The notes below the pieces were generated by a model. The model was given only the letters and a program-made list of their open reading frames with translations, was not told the DNA's origin and did not search any database. A DNA stretch of 64,000 bases, from positions 31,806,001 to 31,870,000 of the forward strand of contig OX597826.1 of NCBI GenBank assembly GCA_951406725.2, read 5' to 3'. The position numbers and the translations under genes were made by a program. Of the stretch, positions 38,541 to 52,522 are shown in pieces. Numbering within the stretch: the stretch's first letter is position 1; each line of letters opens with the position of its first letter. This DNA comes from Octopus vulgaris (taxonomy: Eukaryota).

Positions 38541-40229
38541 ATATTGGAAAGGCTCATCACGAAAAAAAAATATACAAAAAATAAATAAAAAGAATAGAAT
38601 GGCCGAAGCTTGAATGCTTGAAGGCAAACAACCAACACAACACTAAAAACTAGACTTAGTGTGTTCACCCTAGACACATAATTTTGTAATGAAGGAGTTT
38701 GTATACCTGTTGTTATGCGTATATGTGTAAGAGGTAGTTTGTTTTTTATCACTTCTCTCCAGACATTTGCTCTAATATAGGAAAAAATCCTCACTAATAC
38801 AATTGATAAACGATTCCCACAACCACTTTGACCTAGTTACATCTTTTTTCTTGGTTACTTTCAAATCTTCTATCAAAACCATCAACCGTAACCATTACTT
38901 CTTCAGCTGCTTTGCTTTCATTCATGAAATCCCTGCATCGTGTCATACACCATAACAATCAATTCTCGTCTCCAAAATGAATGTCTGATCCTGCATCAGT
39001 TTAGAAATCAACAACTTTATACCATTCCGTTTCACTGAACTGGATTTACCTGGTTAAGAGAGGTTTGACTGAAATCTTCAGTAAGGAGGTGCCAAAATTT
39101 ATATTATAGTCAAACTTTGGAAACATACTCATTGAAGAAACGCTTTTAATCTTGCTAGAAATATAGAGCTGTTTATTTGAAGTGACTGACATTAATGTGA
39201 TAACTAACTTCTAAACATATATACTAATATTGTATACTCTGAGTAGACGGGAATAATTTAACACATTAAATCGATGTATTCTATATCTGAAGTATTTTTC
39301 TAGGTAAAAAGAATTACAAATTTATAGAGGAATTTTAACGAAAATCTGTGTTTACCATGGCTGAAAGTGAAGAATATCAACTGAAATCAGAAAAACGTAA
39401 TTAATCTTATTTTTTTAAGCTTTGGCCTTGTTAAAGACGAATTACTGAAATATTTCATTTACTTATTGAAAAATTATTGGTATCTTAAACTGGGAGGTGT
39501 TTAATCTATTTTGCTTTAATAGTTTAATACTTGGGTCGTTTGTTATTTACTCTAGTGGAGATGCAATGGCCTAGTAGATAGGTCAGCGAACTCGCGGTCG
39601 TAAGTTCGCGGTTTCGATACCCAGACCAGGCGTTGTGAGTTTTTATTGAGCGTAAACACTTAAAGCTCCACGAGGCTCCGGCAGGGTGGTGGTGGCGAAC
39701 CCTGCTGTATTCTTTCTCGATAACTTTCTCTTACTCTTTCTTCCTGTTTCTGTTGTAACTGTATTTCGAAGGGACAGCCTTGTTACACTCTGTGTCACGC
39801 TGAATCTTCCCAAGAACTACGTTAATTTCACGAGGAGGCTGTTCCGCTGATCGGATCAACTGGAACCCTCGTCGTTGTAACCGACGGAGTGCCACGAATT
39901 TACTTTAAAAAATTTGATTGCCAACCACTTTGTTCCGGGTTCAGTCCCACTGCTTGGAGACTCGAGCAAGTGTTTTCTACTATAGTACTACTAATCAGAG
40001 TCACGTGAGTAGATTTGGCTGACAAAAACTGAAAAAAGCTTGTCTTATATATATGTATACACGAGGGGTACTGGAAAGTTCCTGGTTTTGGGTAAATGAA
40101 AATACCGCAGGATCAGTTAATTGTGATTTTATTCAACATATTTCTCTCTATGATCCATACACTTATTGCTGGAGCCCTTCACTTTTTCTAAGCCCTGTAA
40201 AGGAACACGGAAGTCTAGGGCTCCAGCCC

Positions 40230-40720
40230 TCATACGCTCTAAGGCTTCGACGTTAGTTGCAAAACCAATCCAGTGCTTGCCGAGGAAGTGGCTAAAGCAG
40301 CGCTGATGGAATCACTCGAGGAGTTGTTGGTGATGCCGAGATGACCCACGTCTCTGAACCATACGAGAATGTAGTCAGAAGATGGCCTGATATGAAGTGA
40401 TCGTTATTTCTTTAATCAGATGGTTATTGGTTAAGATTATTTTGTATAGTCTGCCTAGTACGAGATGGTGCACCCTTTGTAGGGAACTGGTTGAGTGTCA
40501 ATACTTCAGTCAGCTCGATGATGATGTAAGGGGTGGTATTATTTTAGAAGTGCGGGTTGATGGACAACTTCTGCATTCTTTAGACTTACATTTCGACCAG
40601 AGTCCCAGACAAAGCAAAAGGTGATGCGTTGCGCGTCCATCTCTTTGCGAGCAACAATAGAGAACTTCTGTTTTCCTTAGACTGACTTCTAGATCAAAGT
40701 TCCGGACATTTTTGCAAAGC
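40230..40720 (-). mobile_element. RTE-like LINE relic (partial duplicate at 25490-25850)
   Basis: LEVSLRKTEVL and YQAVVLTT.SYGSETW motifs of the RTE RT C-terminal region. Confidence 0.55.
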
Positions 40721-41299
40721 AAGGGGTGATGCGGTGCAGAGCCGTCTCTTTGTAGGCAACAATGGCAGTATCGTCTTCGAAAAGGAGCGGACTTTGTAAT
40801 TTTATTATACTATAACTTGCCCATTATGTTGTGCGTACTATTCGAATATTTATATATATATTCATATTTCTGATATTTCAGATAAAGATATTACAAAGCT
40901 TTTCGAAGAATGTTTAATATTTGGGCCTTATCAGCGCTGGTTCTACCTCTGTATTATTATTGTATGATGTTTTTCATCCATGCCGGCTATGAATCTCACA
41001 TTCAACAGTGCCGATGTTCCCTTCTTATGTTACCCACCAAACTTTAATATTTCGTTGATTCCTGCAAATCTTACAGAGAATGAATATCTACAAATGCTTC
41101 AACCAGACGGCGACGATCAATGTTCTGTATATAACAATAGTTTCACTGGGACACATTATACAACACCACCAAGTAATTCATCTAAACTACAGTGTTCTTA
41201 TGGACGGAAATTTCTGACGGAGGAGTATTCTTCGATTGTGAGTGAGGTGAGTCAATCAATCGATATTTTGAAATCAATTTGGGGATTAACGTTTCTCTT

Positions 41300-42380
41300 T
41301 AACAGCTGTAAATTGATTGTTTTAGGAAATACACGGGTAATTATGGTTTTCTCTCTGGAAAAAAATTCCAGGGAGGTAGGCCTTGGAAAAAGCGGCAGAA
41401 GAGTGGCCTGAAAGATGCGCACATTATGTGTGTTGATATATACAGGGACAGTTGAAAGTGTCTGTATGAATAAGAAGCAAATCCAAGCAGTTTTAGGGAA
41501 CATTAGGGACCGAAGTTTTGAGTTTTGTTTGGGAGTATATTTCTGTAATTCAGTAGTCGTCACTGATCTGAGGGTGCGGTCTAGGATTTGTGTATGAAGA
41601 AAAGCAGTTTCGTCTTGAAAAGGAATATTCTATTATGAGACTTATTTGAGCGTTGGAAATTGTTTGTAGATGCTGGAGGCTGATGTAATTTCTGACTCTC
41701 AAGCATAAGACCAGTCTTTGTTATGATCGATGTTGTATGATCCCAGGGCTGTTCTTCAGTCTTTCCCTTGATGGTTCTTCTTCCGTGTTTCTTATTTTTA
41801 TGGTGGCGATAGTATAATTTTTTTTTAGTGGTTGTGTATTTGCCTCTTTGAAAGAGATAACATAGACTTGATCAGAACGGAGAATATTTCCGATGTTCTT
41901 GGCCATGGAATCAGTGGAGGTCTGGTATTAAGTGTCTATACTCTGTTTATATGATCCTTGTGTGTAGAGATTTTGTGAAGAATGAAGGCAGCAGTTATAC
42001 GCATAAATGTGATATCTTGTTGAAGTGACGGAACGTAGTCATTGATGCATACGTCACAGTGTTTGGCATACAACAAAACTGAACCTTGAGGCTACCAGAT
42101 TTGTTAAAATTTGGGTGAAAGAGAGTTTCATCAATAAATGGTGATGTGGTTTGACAAGAAGACACCGACACGAGAGACATGAGAATGATGAATCTCACAG
42201 GAAGGCAATGCGTATTGGGCTTCTGTGCTTAAGAAATAGTTGAATGCTTTGCCTACGTCAAGTGCCCTAAACACTGTATGAAATTCCATAAGGGTGTGAG
42301 TCCGTAGACGATTGTCATCCGAAAGATAACGACGAACACCATAACAGGGTTGACGAATGACATACGAGAACGTACACTTA
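41300..42380 (-). mobile_element. highly degenerate Neptune-type PLE fragment in gene B intron 2
   Basis: FHPNFNKSGSLKVQFCCMPN resembles the HKIFNRNTLKVSYSCMPN linker; VGKAF upstream. Boundaries approximate. Confidence 0.45.
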
Positions 42381-44189
42381 AATTTAAGCAGCATACATCA
42401 AATATACTGTATGTATTGTTTATACGGTACTTTAAATTTGAATAAAATTTATTGAAATTTTTATTTCATCTGTTTTTTAAATTGTTTCACAGTTTGATTT
42501 GGTATGTGAAAGAAAATGGCTAAAATCCAGTTTGCAGTCAGCTTATTTTTCTGGTTATCTCGTTGGATCAATTGTATTTGGGGCCTTATCAGACAGGTGA
42601 GATGTTATTCCTTTTCGCTCTCATATATGAAGTGTATTGGAAGTTGGCCCAGAATTCTTTCCTTTTGTAGGGTTCAATAAATTTCAATAAATTTATAGTA
42701 AAATTAATCATTGAAGGAAGATGTCAATAATTTTATACATGATGTATATTGCTAACAGTTTCTCTTTTAAAATTTCAAGTAAGAAATGTGCTGTTTGACA
42801 GGTCAGGTTAAACGACCCGTCAATTCTAATGATAATGTTTTCTGGCGAAGAAAGTGCAACATATTTTATAAGATTTTGTCCTTATTCTTCGTAGAAATAT
42901 TACTGCTCTGCTAAACAGAGGGTGGCAGAAAACATTTGACGCTCTTGCTGGTTTAGACGAGTGTCTCGTTTCCAGTCATCAGTGATGTAAAGTAAAATGT
43001 TGTCAACTCAAATCCATGGCAAGATGAACATTTCAACGATTCTCCAGCCATTAAAACATCGATTCAGCTTCTTTTCTATAAAACATAGGTCCGTTTCATC
43101 ATGCGAGCACTCTGAATATGACGCTAAGTTACACAAAAAAAGTTCCGCACGGAACGATACTGTAGCTCGGTTTCAATTCCCAAATTTCATTTCGTTTATG
43201 CCTCTAATGAACATATAAAGAATGAAAGTCACAATTTTCCATTTCTTCGGTTCTAAGAACATCTTATTTCATTTCAATGTAAGAAATGATTTCAACATGT
43301 AGACTGCCTCTACATATTCAGACGAACTGTTTACCGTAGAAGTGACAGATTTTGCTGGACAAGTTCCCTAGATACTTTTGAGTGAAGATGCATGTCCTGG
43401 TGGTGAGGGAGATGTTCTCACGATCGTACGATCGTGGTTTCGATTTCCAGACTGGATTGTTCATTTTCTGGTACTCCAGCTGAAAAATCGTTGCAGCAAT
43501 AAATGGCGAGTTCATCCTGAAAACGATTGGTTCAAGGAAGATTGTTTTGAACTCAACCACTATATACAATGTAAACTAGGTTGATCTGTGTTATGATTCC
43601 TTGGGCTCATGACTGACCTAGGTCCAGTATCATGTGCCTTAAGACTTTAAAATAACATACATATTAAATATCATGCATATTAAAACTCTGAGGTAGACAG
43701 TTTAAATATTGAATTGCAGACAAAATTGTATACAAATTCTTTATTATATTCTCTTTCGAAACCAAATTTAGCATTTAAATCTCTACTAAAATGTGATAAT
43801 TCAAAGCAAAGAGAGAGTTCAAAAGAAATCCAAATTGTAGCTTAATCTTTTTTGTTCAGGTTTACTTAAAAACTCCTTTAATCTACAATATATATCCTAA
43901 TGAGGTTTTCCAATGTGTTCATATAAGTAATTAAATTTCCATTTATTTTCACTGTTGCATAGGTTTGGTCGGCGACCCACTATTCTCTTGACAAATACAT
44001 TACTGGTAGTCTTTGGAATTACCAAAATCTTCGTACCATCATTGTTTGGTTTTATTATTCTCTATTGTATTCAAGCTTCTGGTTTTATCGGATTCATACT
44101 TTCCTCATATGCACTGGGTGAGTTACTCTCATACATATGTAAATATGTGTACACACACAAGCACACACACAAACACGCACGTACATACG

Positions 44190-44224
<35 letters not shown>

Positions 44225-44226
<2 letters not shown>

Positions 44227-44390
44227 CCACTACACAAATTTTTTTCGCTCCTTGTCTCTCTCCTTGTTTTTTTTTTGTGTCCCTTTCTGTAGAAGAGCGT
44301 AGGCTCGAAACGAAAAAAACATTTTCTATTCCTGAGCGTTATACCAATACATCTCTTTGTTTTGTACACCACCTGTCTTCGTCTTGTGTT

Positions 44391-44398
<8 letters not shown>
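44225..44398 (+). mobile_element. second copy of the ~170-bp (TA)n-embedded hammerhead-variant element
   Basis: AGCCACTACACA...CTGTAGAAGAGCGTAGGCTCGAAACG...CACCACCTGTCTTCGTC shared with 17561. Confidence 0.6.
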
Positions 44399-44475
<77 letters not shown>

Positions 44476-44541
44476 ATATATTAATTATACGATAGTGTAA
44501 AATTATACACACAAGGAACCTACACCTAGGGTGAAGATATG

Positions 44542-44580
<39 letters not shown>

Positions 44581-47500
44581 CATATTCACATATATACACA
44601 TATATGCTTTACAATTTTGTGTGTGTGTTATACGCTTATTTATTCTGACTAGAGTTCACACTTTGGTTTGTTAAAGTCTCAACGTTTCGGCTTGTAATCA
44701 TGAATTCCTGGATTATGTATACATATACTAACTGGAGGATCACGCTCACACACACACACACATACACACATACACACTCACACACACACACACACTTCTT
44801 ACTTTACCGCACTTAACATTTAATCAACCCTGTACTGAGTGTGCTATTGTCCCATTGGATAATACAAGGTCTGAAATTAAGTGTTAACAAGATTAATGTA
44901 ACTTATGACCGCATGAATCTTTCCCCGCAAATAAAATTTCTGCCCTTCCTGCCTGTCGTAGAAACTATTATAAATCGCACTGAGTTGTTGGGAGACAGGT
45001 TATTTTCCGGTTTAAGGCAGACGGATACACTAGATATCGTATCAATTATAATTAAACTTATATAAAAGATGAGAACGAAATATCCGATAAATTAATACCT
45101 GATGAATATTGGAAATGTTGTTAGATCTTATATAACTGGTACGAGATTAATTGGAATAACTGTTAAATCAGTGATGTATAGTTTGTGCATCCGTCCTAGT
45201 ATTTGCCATGTTATTTTTATGCGAAATAGTTCAGCAATGTTTCAGTTGGATGTATCGAGATAGAGAAATAATCATATTTGATATAGTTTATTGTTATATG
45301 TTTCTTTATTACCCACAAGGGGCTAAACACAGAGGGGACAAAAAAGGACAGACAAACGGATTAAGTCGATTACATCGACCCCAGTGCGTAACTGGTACTT
45401 AATTTATCGACCCCGAAAGGATGAAAAGCAAAGTCGACGTCGGCGGAATTTGAACTCAGAACGTAGCGACGGGCGAAATACCGCGAAGCACTTCGCCCGG
45501 CGTGCTAACGTCTCTGCCAGCTCGCCGCCTTGTATTTGATATAGTCTATTATTATAAGTAGAAACGCAGTGTGTCACCTCTCTTACACCTTAATATTCGG
45601 AATTGTAAGCCGTGAAATACTTCCTCTACATCAATATTTTATGAACATTCGTCTCCAATATATTACCTCCTCTAATACACACAAGGTTAAAGTACGGCAA
45701 ACACGGTAGGCTTTTCAGGCCAGACTTGCATTGCCTACACGAAAAGTGGCCTTGAAAATATGAAGCGGTCTTTTGCCAACATTATCTTCTGCAACGGTCT
45801 CAAAGACACAGATCACATATCATTTTAAGTATATCTTACTCAGAACTCTCCAAATAAGACCATCACGCAAAAAGGCTAGGCTTGACGATTTTTTTCAGGT
45901 GATTGCCTATATTCAACGTAGCAAAGTGTGGCTCAGGCTGACTCTGCTTCATCTTCAGGACAGGATAATACTTCAATCTCCCATTACTTTCCCTCTAAAA
46001 AGTTGTGTACCAGAAAGGCTGTTCTTAATCATCAAGACAGCATTATATTTCATACTCCCGTAACACTCCTGCTATATATTTCAGGTGGGACTTCATCTAG
46101 AACAGCATTTCTACTTCACACAGAGGATTTCATTCCAAATAATTCACCTGAACGATATGTATGATGTCGTACATCCACACACTCTCACCCTCATATCTGC
46201 TGTTTCTACTTTCTACTATTACATGGAGGTTTCTGATCTGCGAGGCCTCTTGCCTCATATTTCTTATACTCGGTCATTTCAAATTTGCTCATTTTTACCT
46301 CTCTCGTCTCTATATTATACACATCACCAGATGCTGCGCTACTAGACTGATCACTTTCATCTCTGGAATTAATCTTATCCACGTTTTACGTACGGTCATC
46401 ACTTTCTAATTATTCTAGAGCTTCATTAACAAAATTTATCTTACATATATCGATGAACATTGAAAAACATCAATACCTATTTCTTTACTACCCACAAGGG
46501 GCTAAACACAGAGAGGACAAACAAGGACAGACAAACGGATTAAGTCGATTATATCGACCCCAGTGTGTAACTGGTACTTAATTTATCGACCCCGAAAGGA
46601 TGAAAGGCAAAGTCGACCTCTGCGGAATTTGAACTCAGAACGTAACGGCAGACGAAATACGGCTACGCATTTCGCCCGGCGTGCTAACGTTTCTGCCGCC
46701 GGACAAAATACTTAAGCAGCATTTTCCCTGTCTTTGCATTCTGAGTTCAAATTCCACCGAGATCGGTTTGGCCTTCCATTCCTTCGGGGTCGATAAAACA
46801 AGTATCAATCGATCTAATTGACGTGCTATTTCCACCGAACTTGCTGGAGTTGAAATCAGTATATTACTGAACTGACTTCAAATATCTCCAACGTTTGAAC
46901 ATTTAGAAAGCGGCAGGATTTATCTGAATGACCTATGTTATTATCCCAGTAAATTTGAACTATTCAAGCCACTCACTGTATTCATACTTATATCAAAATA
47001 TCAAATATATCCTTATTATAGAAATAAACTAATCCTATTTATGTTGTGTTGCTCTTACAGCTATGGAATTTACATCTTTAAAACTACGTAATCCACTTAA
47101 TCTTTGGATGGCTTGCGGCAGCCAGACAGGTCCACTGTTCTTGCCAGGACTCGCCTATGCCCTCCCTGACTGGCATTACTTAGAATTGGTTTCGTGTCTT
47201 CTGCCTATAATCACTATTTTCTTTTGGATGTGAGTTGAATAGATTTTTGTCTTGATATATTTAATTGTCAATAAATCTAATTCTAAACCTGAATATTTCA
47301 TCAGTTTGACAGTTACGTAAATGTGTTTATGTAGATGCCTATTGCCTGCTAGTGATGTGACTCTGCTTGGTGAGAAGTCACAGGCTCTGTTGTGCCGTTC
47401 ACAGTCATAAATAGGCAATGACTATTAATATCAAATTAATCCTGCGTGCGAGTGTATGTGCGCAAAACCAGGCAAGTATGTGTGCTTGTATGTGCGTGTA

Positions 47501-49115
47501 CGTTTGTACGAGCGAGTGTACGTATGCCAGACGACGTATGTGTGGGCGTTTATATATCAATATCTGCTAATGATTATACCTTATATTTTTTCACTGTATT
47601 GTCTATTTGTTTCTTTTTACATCTGTTATTCGTTCTAGATCTTCTATAAGTATGAAGCTGTATACCTTAATTTGTTAGTTATATACGAAGACCAAAAATA
47701 AATCTTGCGAAATACAGTTCATTTTAATGAGATATCTCTTGAAATCACCTGAGGAGACACATCTACACCGACGGATACACCTAAACCAAATGTTCAGTAT
47801 CCCACTCTCGAAAGATCAATGCTAAATGGATAGAAACAAATGTAGTGATCTCTAAATATTCTTGAATCTTCGATCACCTGTCTCTGTCATTAATAAAATA
47901 TCCAACGAACACTGAATGTGCAATACTGGCAAACTACCATACGTATAACATACGATTAATTAATTATTAATAAATAATATATATATATATACACAAAAAA
48001 GTACATAAATATACATATATACAGATTAATCGATATGTTCAAATTGAAGTTTGCTACAGACGCAAAATTGATGCATAGTATCTTATTAGCAATTCTTTTT
48101 AATATTTATTTCAATTGAAAACTTTCAGCTTTCTCCCCGAATCTCCAAGATGGCTTATCGGTAAAAAACGGTTTTTAGAAGCCAAAACACTGCTTCAGAA
48201 AGTGATGAAGAAAAATAATCTGCAAAAGGAGGAGGTGTTTGTTGTTTTTACAAACAATGAAGAGGAGGAGACTTCATTCGAGAACAGTTTCCAAGAAAAT
48301 ATCCGGGAGGAACAAGTTTTACCCAAACAAAAGAATTATTCTTTTATTGATTTGTTCAAAACATGGCGGATTGCATTAATCACGCTTAATATTTGTTTTA
48401 GTTGGTAAATATTTTTTGATAATATTTTACATCTTTTAATACATGTTGATGTCATTATTTTGCTATAAATTTTCTTAGATGAACTGGAATTAGACTAAAT
48501 TAGGGAGTAGGAAGACGAAACAATTGAATATTACATCGGGATATCAAATGTGTTGGTAATTAAGAGTATAGGCTCGGCATCACATTCTAATAAAACAGTC
48601 TTTACATATACAGAGCAACCGGTGCTTATAGTGATTTAAGGTAACAAGCTATTATTTATTGGTAAATAGCATCTATTATTGAGAGATAAATGTTTATGTG
48701 ACTGACAAATTGTAGCGTGGACCAAGAAATATTACAGTGAAATCCTATAATTTCATATCCAGGAGAATTTGATTCTTGCGATGTTCTTTTAATGTGCTAA
48801 AAAAACCCCAAAAACAATGAGACTCACATGTAGCAACAACTGACAAATATATCTAGTTCATAATAAAGATGCGCTTATCAACTGGAACAAAATATCTGTT
48901 GCAATATCGAAATAACATCCACACAAATATTTTCATCAGTGTCAATAACGTTATTACACGGAGATCGTTTCTATCTCTTATTGGTGACGCTTATTCTATA
49001 CTTAAAAATCAAATCCTTTCATTTAGAACACCAATCTGCTATGACATGTAGTTTGTAGCATTCTTGATAGGAGGATGAGAGTAATTATCTGAAATGTATA
49101 TGATTAGTATATCTA

Positions 49116-49158
<43 letters not shown>

Positions 49159-50244
49159 TTTTTAAATTATGCAGAACATTGTAGATGAATGACACTGTTT
49201 TCATTCTGATGCTGTTGGATTTTAATATACTACATGATTATATCTAGCTGTTGTACAATTAGTAAACCAATAATAGATTTACCATCTGTTAGATTATATA
49301 TTTTTGATGTACAAGCAACGTGGCGGTGATTGGTTTTTGATCTTTCAATGTATTTACTCAGTTGTTGAGTCAGTATTAGTTCTATTAACCGTTTAGCGCT
49401 CAGATTATTTCATTGTTTTGAATTAATCATGCGTTATCCCATGTCTTCGAGATTTCGATGACGTGATTGTTTACTCTTAGAATGGCATTGTAGGATAGAC
49501 GTGACAGGTTGGATCTGGAGTTGTATCGATTATTCATTGGATTCAGTAATGTTACACATTGTCATAGTTTGTATGATACTTTCCTGATATTCCATGCAGA
49601 AATGATAGCCTCTCCATTGGCAAACTAATGATCCATCACCTGTTTTAGTCTTCACCATTATGGAATTAATGAAATATACCTATTTCTAGCAATGAACTGG
49701 GAGTTACTTCTAAATTCTCCTTTTTTATACCAATGTTTAATACTCGAAGTTTGACCGTTCTTTATGTATGAGGTGGAATAGTTAATACGTAACATGTTTA
49801 TAACCAAAACTATATCTCAAAATTGCTCATTGCGCACTCGGATACAGCTACTTTTAATGGATAACCTGTGCCTTAATGTAGGTCTGTGAGTCCCAAAATG
49901 TGTGGTAAATCTTTGTACGAAACGCAATGGTATGTTAGAATGGCAGAGGTGTGATATATTATCAAATCTTGTATTCTCGTATTTTAGGTTCGTTTTGGTT
50001 TCCCCTGATTCTGGTTGTTCTGGGAAAGTTCGGAATCACTGCCGCTTTTAATGCAATTTATCTTTTGTCGGCAGAAATATTCCCTACCGTAGTTCGGTAA
50101 GTGTTATTTCAGTAATTACTAGTGTTTTGAATTAACAAAATCGATAGTCGACAATACTCTCTCTCGCTCTTTCCCCCCTCTCTCTCTCTCTCTCGCACGA
50201 ACATCGGTTGTGAAGTGATGGCGGAGAGGACACACACACATATA

Positions 50245-50766
50245 CCGTAAATCCTCGAGTATAATCCGCATTTCCCCGCATAAATTTAAAGGTCAAAATT
50301 CCTATTGCGTACTATATACAAGGCTAAAAATGAAAAATATTTTCTAAGCAATGTCAGTGTCTCTATTTGCTGTCCAGCAATGTTTATTCAGACGCATTTT
50401 GTGATGTCAGGCGCGAAAATACCTTAAGCTAAGCCTGAAAGTAATGAAGTCATAAAAGAATCGCCCATAACTTGCAGTAAGCAACATTTATTAAAATAAA
50501 AGTATTCAGAACACAGAATAACATGTAACAAAAACAATTTGCAAACATGTTTATATTCTCATATAACAATTAAGAACATCACCATTATTGTATTACGCAT
50601 GCGCAGAAGTGTTTGTACGACTAGGTGCTGCTGGCTTAATTACGCACGACTCAAGATAGAGAAGGGATGCGTATTATACACAAGGTTTAGGTTTTTCAGA
50701 GGTACAGCCCCCTAAAAATTCCCTGCATATTATACTCAAGGGCGGACTATACTCGAGGATTTACGG
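50245..50766. mobile_element. complete pogo/Tigger-like MITE
   Basis: ~25-bp TIR CCGTAAATCCTCGAGTATA(A/G)TCCGC at both ends; TA target duplications at 50243-44 and 50767-68. Confidence 0.88.
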
Positions 50767-50930
50767 TATAGACAGGTTTCTTTCAGTTTCCGTCTACGAA
50801 ATCCACTCGCAAAACCTTGGTCGGCCCGAGGCAATAGTAGAAAACACTTACCCAAGTTGCCACACAGTGGGACTGAACCCAGAAACATGTGATTGGGAAG
50901 CCAGCTTCTTACTACACAGTCACAACTGCG

Positions 50931-50966
<36 letters not shown>

Positions 50967-51326
50967 AACGTGTGTGTGAGGAGAGAGAGAGAAAGAAAAG
51001 AGGGGAGAGAGTCAACAGATGAGGTTGAGAGAACCTCAATATTGTAAACTTTTTGTACCGCTCAAGTGATCGAACTTACACTCCGATATTTTCATCGAGA
51101 ACCAGGTCAGCATGGTAAAAAGTGTTTATAATGGGGATCCAAGTGTGCAGATTTGAAGACAATGATTAAGATACACATATAAAACCTTAGGTTTTAATGT
51201 ACAAAATATTTATACATGTGCACATATAAACGACAGGGCGAAATCATAATTTAAGAAGGTAAGCATTCAAGTATATATAAATATAATATATATGTATAAA
51301 TACATTATATATATATATATATATAT

Positions 51327-51850
51327 ACAATTCATAAATGAGGGCAAAGGAAAACATTTCTAATGCCAAATATCCCGAAAAATTGGACATATTGTCCATT
51401 AACCATATAATTTTTCACAATACGCACGCTACTCGAAAAAAGGTCGACAGAAATTTCTAAAAATTTCCATTATTACAATATCGGACCGATTTCAGAGTTA
51501 GCTACTAAGAGTCCTCTCTTCGTCAGTGATACATGTGGCAAAAGAAATAAATGAGATACTTACTCATACCCATGGAAGAAGCAAATACTAAGTCATGGGC
51601 ACAACTAAGTACCCCAAATACATCCAAAATAGAAATAACCCGGCCCATTCGAGGCACGTGCGATTTGAACTGAATGGATAATATGTCCAATTTTTCGGCA
51701 TATTTGGCATTAGAAATTCTTTCCTTTGCCCTCATTTATGAATTGTTTATAAATTTAACCGTTAAAGGTATTTTTTAATATGCTGGCCATTGATAACATT
51801 TTTTTCGAGAAAATATATATTTTTTTCGAAAAGAATTTTATCCTCACATT
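51327..51850 (-). mobile_element. PLE-derived relic with ~73-bp inverted repeat and hammerhead motif (51477-51532)
   Basis: 51327-51400 is the reverse complement of 51673-51746; TATCA-CTGACGA-AGAG...CTCT-GAAAT-CG-GTC-CGATA on minus; (TA)n both sides. Confidence 0.62.
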
Positions 51851-51908
<58 letters not shown>

Positions 51909-52516
51909 ATAGATAGATTTTATGACTAAAATACCCTTCAAGGCGGTGCTCCAGCATGGCCACATTCGAATGACTGAAACATATAAAAGAACAAAAGAAT
52001 AAATATGCGTGTGCGTGTGTGTGCGCGTGTGTGTGTGCGTATGTGTGTGTATGTGTGTGTGTGTGTATATGTGCGTGCGTTTGTGTTCACATATTCTGAA
52101 TAATATACCTTTAAATAATTTTGTTATATGTACAATTGGTTAATCGAATCCAAATAGAAATAACTCTATTCTAATCTATATTGTTTTTGTTTTCAGAACA
52201 AACGGTTTAGGCATAAGTTCAGTGTCTGCCCGCATCGGTGGTGTGATTGCACCCTTTATACTTCAACTCTCGTTCTACGTCAAATGGCTTCCCCTAAGTA
52301 TTTTCGGCTTTTTGTCAGTGATAGCTGGATTATTGTTGCTCTTACTACCAGAAACGAAGCACAGAAACTTACCTGAAACACTTGAAGATTTGGACAGTTG
52401 GAAAACCTAATACTGTGGTAACACAAGAAGTTTCACCGACAAAGAGATGAATATTTTATTCCACTGATTAAACTGGAGAATTTCAGTTTTAAAATTTCTC
52501 AGCTCTTATATTTTAC

Positions 52517-52522
52517 AATAAA
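52517..52522 (+). promoter_or_regulatory. candidate polyadenylation signal of gene B (second AATAAA at 52697)
   Basis: AATAAA ~110 nt after the TAA stop; AT-rich context lowers specificity. Confidence 0.35.

Larger units (their letters stand above)
39357..52410 (+). pseudogene. SLC22-like gene B, probable pseudogene. Exons 39357-39396, 40882-41246, 42493-42596, 43963-44117, 47061-47229, 48129-48404, 49988-50096, 52197-52410
   Basis: Canonical splice sites and motifs FDLVC, SDRFGRRP, PESPRWL, AEIFPTVVR, ARIG, LPETK. In-frame TGA at 40965-40967; no 215-nt exon 7 found in 48405-49987, so exon 6-8 splicing frameshifts. Confidence 0.8.
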
